64,000 nucleotides of DNA. Source: Macrostomum lignano (Eukaryota). Location of the stretch: contig NIVC01000175.1 of NCBI GenBank assembly GCA_002269645.1, forward strand, positions 1-64,000, written 5' to 3'. Below the pieces are notes generated by a model. It did not search any database and was not told the DNA's origin. It saw only the letters and a list, made by a program, of their open reading frames with translations. The position numbers and the translations under genes are program-made. This document shows, piece after piece, positions 1 through 44,300 of the stretch (positions are counted from its first letter, which is position 1; each line of letters begins with the position of its first letter).

Positions 1-274
1 AAATTATTAATGCTGACCTTAGCTCTTAGATGAGATAATTGATAGATAATGAGGATGGCTGTAAATTTTATGATTCTCAACGACCGTTCATCAATTGGTT
101 GTTCGTTAAGTACGCTTCGTTTTGAAGTATTTTCTAATGTAAAATGTATAAATTAACTGCCTAATGTGAGTGACGTAGGCTCTATTCATAACTATATACT
201 AACCGCAGTCGATTCTGCTTAACTTTCACGCGCTGGCAGTGAAACTTCTTGATTTTGGAAGAAAATAGTACTGT

Positions 275-470
275 CACACACGCTCACACATAAGGGTGTA
301 CATCGGTCCTTTGACTTTCTAATCATGGTCAGGCATGTACACCCTCTGTGCTTTGGGGGGCCAAGCACGATTATCCCTTCGCCCAACATGCTTGCACCAC
401 AAGCGAACCGGGGATCAAACCAGGGGCTTTCGTTTACCGCTTAGCTGTCGAATTAGCGAATTTTTTTATC
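275..470 (-). mobile_element. SINE family B, diverged copy
   Basis: Reverse complement has GGTTTGATCCCC (B-box-like), CCCCCCAAAGCACAG, GTGTACATGCCT..TGTACACCC and TGTGAGCGTGTG, collinear with 24981-25331. Confidence 0.65.
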
Positions 471-579
471 CTTCAATGTCGAGCAGATAAAAACCTTTGG
501 CTTCAATGCAGAGCACCCCTTTTGTAAACTCCAGACTTATTTCTTGATTAAACTAATTAATTCCCACTACAAACAGCGC

Positions 580-1075
580 CTTCTCTCCCTCTCCCCCTCT
601 TCTTTCCCTCTCTCCCCTCTTCTATGCCTCTCTCCCCTTTTCTCTCCTTCTCTCCCCTCTTCTCTCCCTCTCACCCCTCTTCTCTCCCTCTCACCCCTCT
701 TCTTTCCCTCTCTCCCCTCTTCTCTCCCTCTCTCCCCTCTTCTTTCCCTCTATCCCCTCTTCTCTCCCTCTCTCCCCTCTTCTTTCCCTCTATCCCCTCT
801 TCTTTCCCTCTTCCCCCTCTTCTCTCCCTCTCTTCCCTCTTCTCTCCCTCTCTCCCCTCTTCTCTCCCTCTCTCCCATCTTCTTTCCCTCTATCCCCTCT
901 TCTTCACCTCTCTCCCCTCTTCTTTCCCTCTATCCCCTCTTCTTTCCTCTCCCCCTCTTCTCTCCCTCTCTCCCCTCTTCTCTCCCTCTCCCCTCTCCTC
1001 TCCCCTCTCCCCTCTCCCATTTCGTTTGTGTTTTCTCTGATCCCATCTATCTTCTCTCCTCTCCTCTCTCGTCTC
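580..1075. repeat. Polypyrimidine (CT-rich) ~21-bp tandem repeat
   Basis: Repeating TCTCTCCCTCTCTCCCCTCT-like units. Confidence 0.9.
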
Positions 1076-1675
1076 TGAACTTCTATTCCTTACCTTTTCA
1101 CTCTCATTCATGGTATCTCACAGCCAATGAACTGGAGTTCTTCGTCTGGCCCCTTAAATAAAAAAGGTAGCTCTACGCCACACGTTTCTGCCAACGAATT
1201 CACAGGTGCTAAAACACATCATTACGCGACAATGGACAAATGCAGAACCACTCGTATAAAATGCTATTTTAGTCCAGAAATATATCTACGGATGCATTAA
1301 AAGCCTGTCATTTTAGAACAATTTTCCAGGAAACGATCAATGAAAAAAGTTAGACAAATCATGCACTTCAACTGTCAACACGCTAATGGATGTGTCTGAA
1401 TAATATTTTATGCTATCTAATAACTTTGGTGTCAGTACGAGTACGGAGCGTACGTTTGCAGGCATCCAGGCATTTTTCATTAGAATTTCCTGGGCTTTTA
1501 ACGGGGTACAATTTTTAGCAGAAAATAGCTTACGCTTCTGCATCGCACTACTAGTTCAGTAGGCGACTAACGTAGTTTTTGCAAAATATTTCCTGAACAA
1601 TATTGAATCAAATAAACGGTTTTTCGTTTAGTATTTCATCATTTTCGGTTAAAGACTCATTGGTTGCTGAGTGTC

Positions 1676-1927
1676 TAGTTTTGGTTACTACTTGTCCAGT
1701 TTTGGTTACTACTTGTCCAGTTTTGGTTGCTATGGCTCCAGTTTTGGTTGCTATGGCTTTAGTTTTGGTTGGTATGGGTCTAGTTTTGGTTGGTATGGGT
1801 CTAGCTTTGGTTGGTATGGGTCTAGTTTTGGTTGCTATGGCTTTAGTTTTGGTTGGTATGGGTCTAGCTTTGGTTGGTATGGGTCTAGTTTTGGTTGGTA
1901 TGGGTCTAGTTTTGGTTGCTATGGTCC
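1676..1927. repeat. 21-bp minisatellite
   Basis: Unit GTTTTGGTTGGTATGGGTCTA and variants. Confidence 0.9.
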
Positions 1928-2511
1928 ATTTCCTGTCCTTTCTAAAAAGTTCTAAACCTACATGATCGAAAATCATTTTGATCAGAAAGCTCTGCATGGG
2001 ATTGGCAAGAACCAGAAAAAGATTGGCTGACGAGCTGCTTCACCTCAGAAATCAAAATTGAAAAATATAATCTAGTCGATTATAACAAAATACTAAAATC
2101 GTGTCGCGCTAATTCTCGACAGCTTATGTCTTCTCAGTTGACTGAGAAAATATACTAAATTTTTCATAACAATCAATCTGAAACCTTTCGATAAACTACA
2201 ACAGGTAGCTACTGAAATTTGATGAGGAATATTTTACAAGCGTATTCACCCCTGATTGACAGCTCTCCGAGAGTACGACCTTTTTGCACTCATATTGGCT
2301 CAGCTGTCAGGGTAGTGTTTGGGAGTGCCAACAGGCAATTTTTTAACGCTAAAAATTCTGCATACAGGTCTGAGTTACTTGTGAAACAGAAATGCCATTA
2401 TGATACACTTTTGAAGTATTTTTGATTGCATTTTTAATTTGGTGCTGTTGGCACGGCCTTCCAGGGTTTTCCTAGCATTTCCCGTAGCCTACTCTCTGTA
2501 ATCCCCACATG

Positions 2512-3873
2512 CCCCCCTCCCCATCCGCCCTCTCCCCATCCGCCCCTCTCCCCATCCGCCCCTTTCCCCATCCGCCCCTCTCCCCATCCGCCCCTCTCCC
2601 CATCCGCCCCTCTCCCCATCCGCCCCTCTCCCCATCCGCCCCTCTCCCCATCCGCCCCTCTCCCCATACGCCCCTCTCCCCATCCGCCCCTCTCCCCATC
2701 CGACCCTCTCTCCATCCGCCCCTCTCTCCATCCGTCCCTCTCCACATCCGTCCCTCTCCCCATCCGCCCCTCTCTCCATCCGCCCCTCTCCCCATCCGCC
2801 CCTTTCCCCATCCGCCCCTCTCCCCATCCGCCCCTCTCTCCATCCGCCCCTCTCTCCATCCGTCCCTCTCCACATCCGTCCCTCTCCCCATCCGCCCCTC
2901 TCTCCATCCGCCCCTCTCCCCATCCGCCCTCTCCCCATCCGCCCCTCTCCCCATCCGCCCCTCTCCCCATCCGCCCCTCTCCCCATCCGCCCCTCTCTCC
3001 ATCCGCCCCTCTCTCCATCCGTCCCTCTCCACATCCGTCCCTCTCCCCATCCGCCCCTCTCCCCATCCGCCGCCCCTCTCCCCATCCGACCCTCTCTCCA
3101 TCCGCCCCTCTCTCCATCCGTCCCTCTCCACATCCGTCCCTCTCCCCATCCGCCTCTCTCTCCATCCGCCCCTCTCCCCATCCGCCCCTTTCCCCATCCG
3201 CCCCTCTCCCCATCCGCCCCTCTCTCCATCCGCCCCTCTCTCCATCCGTCCCTCTCCACATCCGTCCCTCTCCCCATCCGCCCCTCTCCCCATCCGCCCC
3301 TCTCTCCATCCGCCCCTCTCTCCATCCGTCCCTCTCCACATCCGTCCCTCTCCCCATCCGCCCCTCTCTCCATCCGCCCCTCTCCCCATCCGCCCCTTTC
3401 CCCATCCGCCCCTCTCCCCATCCGCCCCTTTCCCCATCCGCCCCTCTCCCATCCGCCCCTCTCCCCATCCGCCCCTCTCCCCATCCGCCCCTTTCCCCAT
3501 CCGCCCCTCTCCCCATCCGCCCCTTTCCCCATCCGCCCCTCTCCCCATCCGCCCCTTTCCCCATCCGCCCCTCTCCCCATCCGCCCCTCTCTCCATCCGC
3601 CCCTCTCCCCATCCGCCCCTTTCCCCATCCGCCCCTCTCCCCATCCGCCCCTTTCCCCATCCGCCCCTCTCCCATCCGCCCCTCTCCCCATCCGCCACTT
3701 TCCCCATCCGCCCCTCTCCCCATCCGCCCCTCTCCCCATCCGCCCCTCTCCCCATCCGCCCCTCTCTCCATCCGCCCCTCTCCCCATCTGCCCCTTTCCC
3801 CATCCGCCCCTCTCCCCATCCGCCCCTTTCCCCATCCGCCCTCTCCCCATCCGCCCCTCTCCCCATCCGCCCT
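2512..3873. repeat. 16-bp minisatellite, G-rich on the minus strand
   Basis: Unit CCCCATCCGCCCCTCT. Confidence 0.95.
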
Positions 3874-4344
3874 GTCCCTCACTGCAACGGAGCTGTCAGT
3901 CAGCCCTATTGTTACTGAAACCAATAGCATTTATTTACAGCTTCCGAGAGCCACCTATTCTCAGTACAATCGATTCCCATAAAAAATGACCCTGGCCTTC
4001 AAACTCGCAAAAAATTATTTCCAGACCAGCCACGCCAACTACGCATCCGATTTGCATTAGTTTGATAAACCTGTCAATCAAATGCAAAATGTGGAGAGAA
4101 ATTAATTAGCACAAGTATTGATCAGCGAGCCTGTGGAAACTATAATATACTCGGCTTTGTAAAGTGACTGCAGGGGTGGCATCTCTAGCAGCTTAAACTG
4201 ATTATTTTCACTTTAGAGTGCAGCAGAGCCCATCGGTTACTATAGGCAAACACTTGTACGATTGGTTCCTGAATGGGGCGGTGGCATGGACTACTCGTAT
4301 GAAAGCTCGTCTTTTTAGTAGCTGTGGGGTGTTTCATAATGGCG

Positions 4345-5450
4345 AGTGACGCTATCATGTGTGTCATAGTGACGCTATCATGTGTGTCATAGTGGCGTTA
4401 TCATGTGTGTCATAGTGACGCTATCATGTGTGTCATAGTGGCGTTATCATGTGTGTCATAGTGACGCTATCATGTGTGTCATAGTGGCGTTATCATCTGT
4501 GTCATAGTGGCGTTATCATGTGTGTCATAGTGACGCTATCATGTGTGTCATAGTGACGCTATCATCTGTGTCATAGTGGCGTTATCATGTGTGTCATAGT
4601 GACGCTATCATGTGTGTCATAGTGACGCTATCATCTGTGTCATAGTGGCGTTATCATGTGTGTCATAGTGGCGTTATCATGTGTGTCATAGTGGCGTTAT
4701 CATGTGTGTCATAGTGACGCTATCATCTGTGTCATAGTGGCGCTATCATGTGTGTCATAGTGGCGCTATCATGTGTGTATCATAGTGACGCTATCATGTG
4801 TGTCATAGTGGCGCTATCATGTGTGTATCATAGTGACGCTATCATGTGTGTCATAGTGGCGCTATCATGTGTGTCATAGTGGCGCTATCATGTGTGTCAT
4901 AGTGGCGCTATCATGTGTGTATCATAGTGACGCTATCATGTGTGTCATAGCGACGCTATCATATGTGTCATCAGTGTCATAGTGGCGCTATCATCTGTGT
5001 CATAGTGGCGTTATCAGGTGTGTCATAGCGACGCTATCATATGTGTCATCTGTGTCATAGTGGCGTTATCATCTGTGTCATAGTGGCGCTATCATATGTG
5101 TCATAGCGACGCTATCATCTGTGTCATAGTGGCGCTATCATCTGTGTCATAGTGACGCTATCATATGTGTCATAGTGACGCTATCATCTGTGTCATAGTG
5201 GCGTTATCATCTGTGTCATAGTGGCGCTATCATCTGTGTCATAGTGGCGCTATCATCTGTGTCATAGTGACGCTATCATGTGTGTCATAGTGACGCTATC
5301 ATCTGTGTCATAGTGGCGCTATCATCTGTGTCATAGTGACGCTATCATCTGTGTCATAGTGGCGCTATCATCTGTGTCATAGTGGCGCTATCATCTGTGT
5401 CATAGTGGCGCTATCATGTGTGTCATAGTGGCGCTATCATGTGTCATAGT
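4345..5450. repeat. 23-bp minisatellite upstream of the alpha2delta start
   Basis: Unit GTGACGCTATCATGTGTGTCATA with GTGGCG variants. Confidence 0.95.
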
Positions 5451-5799
5451 TGGCGCTAACATAGCAAGTAGGATTTGCGTCAGCTTTTTTAGAATCATGC
5501 TAGTTACGAGCATTTCTTGGAAATGACATCCTGGAAGCTGGTCAGCAGCCAATCAGAATCGCTGATTCCAGCCAGTCAATCCCGGATCAGTTAGCACTGG
5601 CGCCCACCATAAAAGCCAAACTGACTTAGGGAGAAGAAATTATCTTTGCGAAAGCATTACTTCCAATAGAATTCTGGTTATAATACTAATTACTATTATA
5701 AATAAGATCAGTACAGATGATTGGCATGGATTATTGGCTAGTAGAATTCAGCATTTCTTCGGTTTGAAGACGAATCGAAATCCTGCAGCTGCACTAGGA

Positions 5800-36373
<30,574 letters not shown>

Positions 36374-37017
36374 CCAATTGTATTGTTGATTAAATTGATT
36401 GATTGTAGTACTGACTTGAATATTTTTGTCTTTGTTAGTTAGTTTCTCACTGCCTTTGTCTTATGGTTTAAATGTTGAGTCGAATTTGTTATATAGCACA
36501 AGTTAAAGTTCATAATTACGTGTAGATTAAATAGGCTGATTGTCGAGGATAATCAACGCCCTTATCGAAAATTAATTTCCTAGATTAAAGGAAATGTTGG
36601 CTGTTCTGATTTTAAAATAATTTTTTATTATTTAGTATTTGTTATATGTATGGCGGTCGATCTCATCGGACTCTGTTGACAGTTTTCAAGTTTGCCCGAA
36701 CTTTAGAGATTTTTTGCTCCCTTTTTGGCCTATGGCTACAATTCACATCCGCCATGTTGATTACGGCTCGTATATGCGTTTCAGACCGAAGACCAAAGTT
36801 TGTGCTAATTTATTGTCGTTTGAGTCTGAGATTTTCCTAAACAGGGGCAAACCAAAATAAAAAAAGCATACGAGTTGTTTTCAAAAGCAATTGTGCCATT
36901 TATAATGAAGAAGCCTATTCCAATAGTAAACTGTAAAATATATTTCACTTCCTGCATGACAGCTTCGGTCATTATGTTGTAAAAAGCGTTAATATTTTCT
37001 GGTGCAAAAACTCAAAT

Positions 37018-37272
37018 ACCAACTTGACTTATTAGGCTTGACTCAGTTTTAGGGGGGATACAGCAGGGAGGAGGCGCTGCGGTGTCGCCTAGGAAGATCC
37101 GGTGGTGCCGAGATCCAGAAGTCCATGAGTCCTGGAGGTTGATAGTCGCTGGCCCGGTAGCCCTTAGGTAGCGGACGAGCTGGCTGAAACTCTCGGGCCT
37201 GAAAATGCATGAAAGGCCGGGTTTGGTCTGAGGTAAGTGATTAAAGTCCTGAGTTAAAGGCGGAACATTCAC
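37018..37272 (-). mobile_element. 5'-truncated LINE 3' end, diverged relative of 52455-52707
   Basis: Minus-strand peptide RPESFSQLVRYLRATGPATI, UTR motif GGCGAC..CGCCTCCTCCCTGCTG and tail GAGTCAAGCCTAATAAGTCAAG. Confidence 0.55.
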
Positions 37273-38358
37273 AGATGAAATATTTTTCGATAATGTTTAC
37301 ATTTAGACACCCAGTTTTAATAACCTGCTTCTGTGTGCCAGCCGAACTTCAACCAGTTTTTCTGCTTTAATTATTTTCCGAAGCACCTTAGGAAGCTCAA
37401 AAAGCTTTTGACGGCCTGGAAGAACAATATTTTTGTCACGCCAACGTTTCCATTAAAATTAATTTGGATTGACGCGAAATGGATGAAATATTGGGTTGCT
37501 CATGAAACTATCCACGCAGAAAACAGTGTTCGACACGAGATCGTCAATCAATCAATCAATTCTGACATCCTTCGCGTGTGACATCTCACTTCATTCAAAC
37601 GATTTGATTTCGATCTTGTAGAATTCGATTTCAGTCCATTGCTTAGTTAATTAATTAAAGTGCCCAACCAATTTTCAACCGAGATTCGGTTTAAGTGTTC
37701 AGATGAAGCTTTGTCAAAGACACTTAGCTAGGGCGATGCTACTTTGGTGCGACCATCAGTTTCAGCTGGGTTAGCCAATCACTGCAGAACTTAATTCCAT
37801 CTGAGTAAAATCATGCTGCTGGATCCAGCCAATGAGATGCAGCGTGGAACTGGGCTTATTTAACTCAACAGATATTCAAGCGAATCAGGTACTTTATTTT
37901 CCTTTAGAAAGCAACTTTGGTACAGGTGATTATGCGCAATCGCTAGAATAATTAAAAGAGGAATCAAAGCCTTGTTAAAATTCATTTCGACAATAAAAGT
38001 GGGCCAACCTTTGAGGTAAGAAAACTAAAAGTTCTTTTTGCCGATTTGAGTAAATTTTAACTTACATTGAGTTCAGCGCTTGAACTTCAATAACAGTAAG
38101 ATCATCAGTTTGGGGCGAACACTTTTAGCTGTGTAGGTTCCTTTTAATCTGCATGTCCTGCACCAAGAAATAAAACCGCGCACTCCCTATAGTAGACAAT
38201 GTTATCAGATAAAATATACAGGACACAAAAATTTTCTCACGTGATCAAAGAAACATGCAGATTCCAAAAGATGCATAATAACTTCTATTGATTTTCTGAT
38301 TTGTTATTTTAAAAACCTGTCTGCAAAACCAGACGAGCTGAGGAAAGTCCACAGTGCA

Positions 38359-41300
38359 ATGCAAACTTGGCGCCTGCTACTGCCGCTATGCCTATTCTGC
38401 CTGCCAGCAATCAACTGTCAACTGCGAGTGGAACGTAACAAAATTAGCAGCGTTTTCTGGGAGTACCATGCCTGTAAGCGACGCGCGATAACTTAATAAC
38501 ACTGTTTATTCAAGGCAGATATTTTCAATTGCTGCCCACAAACCAAACCAGGGAGCCGCAATACGGGGCGAAAACTATCGAGCAACGACTATCAACGGGA
38601 GCTGCCGGTGTCTGAAACTGAAGCTTCCGAGCTCAGTGAGTCTGCTGAATGACGTCATTAATAGGGATTAAATGTTTCTATAGCTGTTTGGTTAAAGACA
38701 ACTTTTTTGTCAGAATTGTCCCTAATATTTATTCCGTGAATTCCGCGAAAACAAAGGCAAAAATACACAAACTCTCGCGTTTCACAAAACCAATCGGCTA
38801 TTTTCCATCAACTACTCGTACAACAGCTTTCACTGCTTAATGGAGCGGCAGAATTATGAAAAAAATAGCGACTGGATCTGCCTGCTGACCCCTGCGATTT
38901 GCATTGGAGGGGACCCAACGGGCACCGGACAGGCTGTCTAAATCCCAGGGCAGTTGGCTGAGAAATGAAGCGGGCGAGAGAGCGCTCTGCAAACTGCAGC
39001 AAGGATCGTTAAGAGGGGAGGGCCAAGCAGGAATGCAGATAGAGGTCGGATCAGCAGTGGAGCATGACTGAAAAGCCAGGCGAATGAGTATGGTCAGATG
39101 CTAAATGACTTTGTTATTAGGCCGCAGAACCAACTGTTGCGGCGAGTAAAATCTACCAGTTTCAGTAAAATGCATGCCGTACTCCCACCCTCAGTGTGCA
39201 GCACTCTATCCCAGCTACCTAGCGACGCAGATCTGGTGGCAATTAGCGGTACATCATTTCATCCAGCTCTAAACCGGTTCTGCCAGCTAGCTAGAATAGC
39301 TTGCGTCTACACGGACAGCCAGGTAGCCAGGCACATGCCCACAGACTGGCAGTACAATGCCATCAACTTCTTTCCCGCACCCGAGCTGAGAAGTCGGTCA
39401 ATCTACGAATTCGTCAAGTGGAGCGAATGGACCGAATTCGCTGTGCTTTACACCGGATTTCACGGTGAGACCACTGCGTAGTCGTTTGGTTCGAGTTTTC
39501 AAATAGCTACTTATACCTTGCAAATCCTTCCTAGATTTGGAGCGAATGCACACCCTGCTGCCATTCCCCAATGGTCACGTGATGTTCCGCATGATTAACT
39601 TGGACTTTCCTAGCCTGACATTTCGGTTGCTGACTCAACTAAAGCTGACTACTATGCACCGGTTCCTGCTCGCCTTGCCGCAGACTCTGGTACCCAAATT
39701 TCTCAATCTAGTGAGTATTTGACAAATATTATCAGTTTAACAAAACTCTAGTCTGTACTTTGTTGGTACTAAACATAAAAGTAACCACTATAGTTCCTTG
39801 GAAAGTTTTCACATGCTAGAACACGACGTCTGCCAGAAATAAATGTTTCTATCTCCCTCATAAATTTTGAAAAGAAAATGAAGCCTTTGAAATTTTTCCA
39901 AGAATCGTCCATCATAGTTTAAAATAGTTATAAATTCTATATTACGTTAACTATTAAAAAATTAATATACTTCAGGCCTCTGCAGCGAATTTAACAAGCA
40001 TGGCCTACAATTTCCTTCTCGTTGGCGGCGTAAGTAAACGACAATTATCTTAAATACATAAATATGGTGTAACACAGTAAATAAAAACGCGTGAAACTGC
40101 CCCACCAAGATTCAGGAGAGTCCGTAGTGCAGTAATCGCAGTACAATTTTAGTGCCAACTCACGCAGCAATATATAGTGTTTTGGGGGCGAAAGCGCCTG
40201 TATAATGCTTAGTTGATAGCGGATCTATTAAGTGACCTTAGCGAGCAAAATTGGGTTGGCGATTAAACTGGACTGATCTAGATGACAGTTCCCGGTCCCA
40301 TAGTCGGTTCCGGTTTTTTAACCGAACGATTTGAAACGAGGAATCTAGGCAGAATGAAAACTGGGGAAGACCGGCAGATGAACAACATTCATCAGTTCAC
40401 TCTACTTTCTCTGGTGCTTTTTATGAAGTTCTGGTGCTTTGAGAAGCGTACACAGGCTTTTTTAAGGGTCAGGCAATGAGCCAGCATCAGGGGCGCTAAA
40501 AAGAGAACCGCCAGCACCAAGCAGCGCCAGACCCTTACAGATGCAGACTATTTACTATGCATGTCTTTATACAGAATTTAAGCACTGATCGGTTCTGATT
40601 AAACATTCAAATTAATTTAGCCTCCGGTAAAGCTAGAAAAAACCTTTTACACTAGTAAAGAGAGGATCGAGGAGAGAGGAGAGAGGAGAGAGGAGAGAGG
40701 AGAGAGGAGAGAGGAGAGAGGAGAGAGGAGAGAGAAGGGAGGAGAGAGGAAAGAGGAGAGAGGAGAGAGGAAAGAGAAGAGAGGAAAGAGGAGAGAGGAG
40801 ACAGGGGAGAGGAGAGAGGAGAGAGGAGAGAGGAGAGAGGAGACAGGGGAGATGCGAGAGGAGAGAAAAGAGAGAAGAGAGAAAGGGAAAAGATAAGAGG
40901 TTAAAGAGGAGAGATGAGATTATAGAAAAGCTAGGATGGAGGGCAGATAATAGAGGAGAGAGAGGGGAGGAGAGAGAAAAGAGTAGAGAGAAGAGAGGAG
41001 AGAAAAGATAAAACAGCAGATATAAAAGAGGAGAAATGAGATATGAGAGAGTAGAGAGGAGAAAGAAGAGAGAAGAGCGGAGAGAGCAGAAACGAGAGAG
41101 AACAGAGGAGAAAGGAGAGATAATAGAGGAGAGAGGAGTGAGGAGAGAAGTTTCAAAGGACCCGATGGACGTAGAGAAGGGCAGAGGCCAGAGGCCAGAG
41201 TTTTCCAACGCATGCCTTTGACAGACATTGCCTGTCATTCTGCTTGCCTGAAATCTTAATTTAACATGAATTTACTCCCGTTTTTGTTTACCTCTATCCT

Positions 41301-44300
41301 AAGTATTAATTAACAAGTTTTTGTTTGTTTGAGTATGATTTCAGATTTTAGAACTCATGCAAAAATAATTCCCGGGATTCAAATTCCTCGGGTTTCAACA
41401 GCTTGTTACTAATCTAAAACCGTTCTACTAATCTTGCAGATGAATCGAACCTACTTCAGGGAGCACGTTGCTTCGCGGCTCTACTCGGGCGTGAACTTCA
41501 CCTCGCATCAATTCGATGGAGTCAGCTTTATAGACGATCCAGCGTCGCAGAAAGTGAGCTGACTAATATGAAATGTGTTGACTGAGCTTGTTTTACTAAC
41601 AATTGGGTCGTTGAAGTGGATGGGTAGCTAAGTAGTTACGCGTCCGGCTCTCGCATCAGAGTCCTCTGTGCACAGATTAATGCCATTCTCGACGACCATG
41701 AGGACCAAGCCCCAAGACAGAGAGTGTACATGCCTTTAAACGATGAGAATGTCAGGGCTGCGGTACACCCTGTGTGATCGTGTGCGTGCTGAGGGATCGA
41801 CAGTTCAAGCATAATTGCAGCTAGATTCGTCGCTGGCAACGGATCGCCTGCTGGCTTTGATTTAGAGAGCAGTGCTTAAAGCTACCATTTGAGCCTCAGT
41901 AAGATGTGGCAGAGAAATGCTTTGCTGGAATAGGCGTCGAAACTCATAACTAACTCTGACTGGCTTTAACTGGCTTTTACTAATGGTAAATTTACCGAAA
42001 GCTGCAGCTGTGGATGCATCAAATTCTGTTTGCGAACGTGCTCTGTTGGGACAGTAATGCAGTTAATCTGCGTAAAGTGACAAGAATCTTTACTTCATTA
42101 GCAAATTGTTCATTAATTGTAGGCTTGAATTTTGCTCTTTGCTCATCGCAAATTTACGCCGTATTGACAAGCGGCAAATAGCTAATACAGAAAAGATCAG
42201 ATGAACTTTCCAGTAAACCTGAAGGTAAAGTATTACTCGCTCCGTAATTCACGCGATCAGCAAAGTTGACACAGCACAAACTAATCGATTTATGACTCCA
42301 TTATTAAATGTTTTTCAATCTGTCTATTTGCTTTCACTATGCAAATTACAGATCGAACTGACTAGGACTGAAGCTATCAATCGACTACTGCGAGACGCTT
42401 ATGCAGAGTGGAACCGCAGCCTCGGGCAGACCCGGCTCGCACTGACCGTTCGCAACAGCAGCTCGACTAGCGACGACATTCGCGTGCTCAACAACTGTCA
42501 CATCCGCCTTGGTGATAATACATCCGAGTTTTATCTGCGACTTGATGTAAGCAGTGCGCAATTTCCGGTAAATTTTTACACCTTAAACGGAGTTCAGAAC
42601 CGCTACAAATTAACTTGCAGAGCAACATCAAACGCCGAGTTGGAGTAGTGACAGTAGGAGGCAGTTCTGTGTACAACTTCAGCTTCTGCGTCAACCACAT
42701 GTACACGGATACGGCGCCCAAGGTCAGCTGTTCCTGATTTAATTTTTTACGCGCTAGATTTATCTTTCATAATGATCAGGCAAATAGCCTCGCTAGCCCA
42801 GGGCCTAATCCGAGGCCACTGGTCCATCAGCCTGTCCGTCAATTCAGTCAATCAAGCCTAAGCTAAACCAAGTTTACTTGCATCAATCAGCACTAGTAAT
42901 ACTCGTATGGTCGTTGCCAGTTGGTGCAGCACATTCGAATCCAGCATCGATACTGCAGCGCCCTCGTTATCTCCTCACCAAGTCGCCCCACCTTCTGTTG
43001 TCTTTGAAATCGCGTTTTCAGACTCCGGAGATCAGCGATGGAGTTGTAAAAGTACGAACCGCATTTCTTTTCCTCGAAATATTGTCCATACTAAGCATTT
43101 ATTGTTTATTTTGCTGATCGAACAGACTTTGACGTAACTTCCTCGGTACTTTTCATTTCCACGAAAATTTCATTATTTCTGCATGCTGAAACGTTTAATC
43201 CATAACGACGTGTATTTGCTGTGGGATCGGTGTTTTTGTTTGTTCGCGCTCTCAGCACAAGTAATTGGCATACATTAGTTCCTTCTCTAATGTGGATTGA
43301 TTGTACCAGGCATAAGGGGATATTATCTCGTAATATTTCTAGTATGTGCATGCAAGTTCGCTCGAGCTCACCCCAAAGGCAGCAGTGCACGCTTCCAATG
43401 TTTAGCGATTGCTTCTCCAAAGAGAGCAAAAACCATTAAGCCTTAAGTCTCATGGCGCTGAGCAGGGCAAACATTTGCTTAGCTGACGATGGTATATAAA
43501 AGCCTTTCTAAAGCACACACATGGCTCATCAGGAACTGACTTATTCATACTTTTGGCGCATAGCTGTTCTTGGACACCAGGGCCAATACAAAGTATAACA
43601 AAGTATATCCAAAATTTTCCTAAAAATCTGTGATTCTGTCTAAAATTTAAAGATAACAGACGATTTTCAGAACTTACCTTAACATTATACATTTATCGTA
43701 ATTCTTATTAAGTTGATTAAGGAAAAGACAGCACTAAAAGAAACATACGATTAATTTTTATGGTTCAATTGCTAAGATATTTTGCACTCCAGTAATTTTG
43801 ATTTGTAATAAATTAAAACAACGCAGGTGTAATTTTTCTTTTGCGCTTTGTAATTCATTGAATATTTATGGCGTTGATAAGCCAGTTTTATGATAGTTGC
43901 TCTTTCTCACACATGTTTCTATCTATCATTATCAAAATTGTTGAAGAGTAATTATTTTGACAATTTTATAGCGAAGCCAAACAACTCAAAATATTTCTGC
44001 AGTTTGCCACATGGACAGCTGATCAAGGCTTCAAGCTGACACCGGGCGCTCAGTACAAGCACAGAAAGTACTACGAAGACCTTTTGAACGACATGAATCT
44101 CACTGTCGTGACCGTTGTCGACCCGCCCTTCAGTTTTCAACGGGACTTCGACGAGGATGGCAATAGACTGACTGGAAACGACCGCTGGACGGGGTTCTCC
44201 ATTGAGCTGTTTAAACAGGTGGCCAAGAAGATCAACTGTAGGTGAGTTAGGGCGACATTAATCTGGGGCTTGTGTACGAAAACTGTACCATGAGGGCCAA

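Noticed and set aside
2026-2055. Hammerhead-like CTGACGAG..GAAA (also on the minus strand near 43505-43530)
   Set aside because: Stem II does not close with a G-C pair and no flanking stems were found.
5547-5705. CCAAT box and TATA-like sequence upstream of the alpha2delta ATG
   Set aside because: Plausible but short and common; the transcription start is unknown and trans-splicing cannot be excluded.
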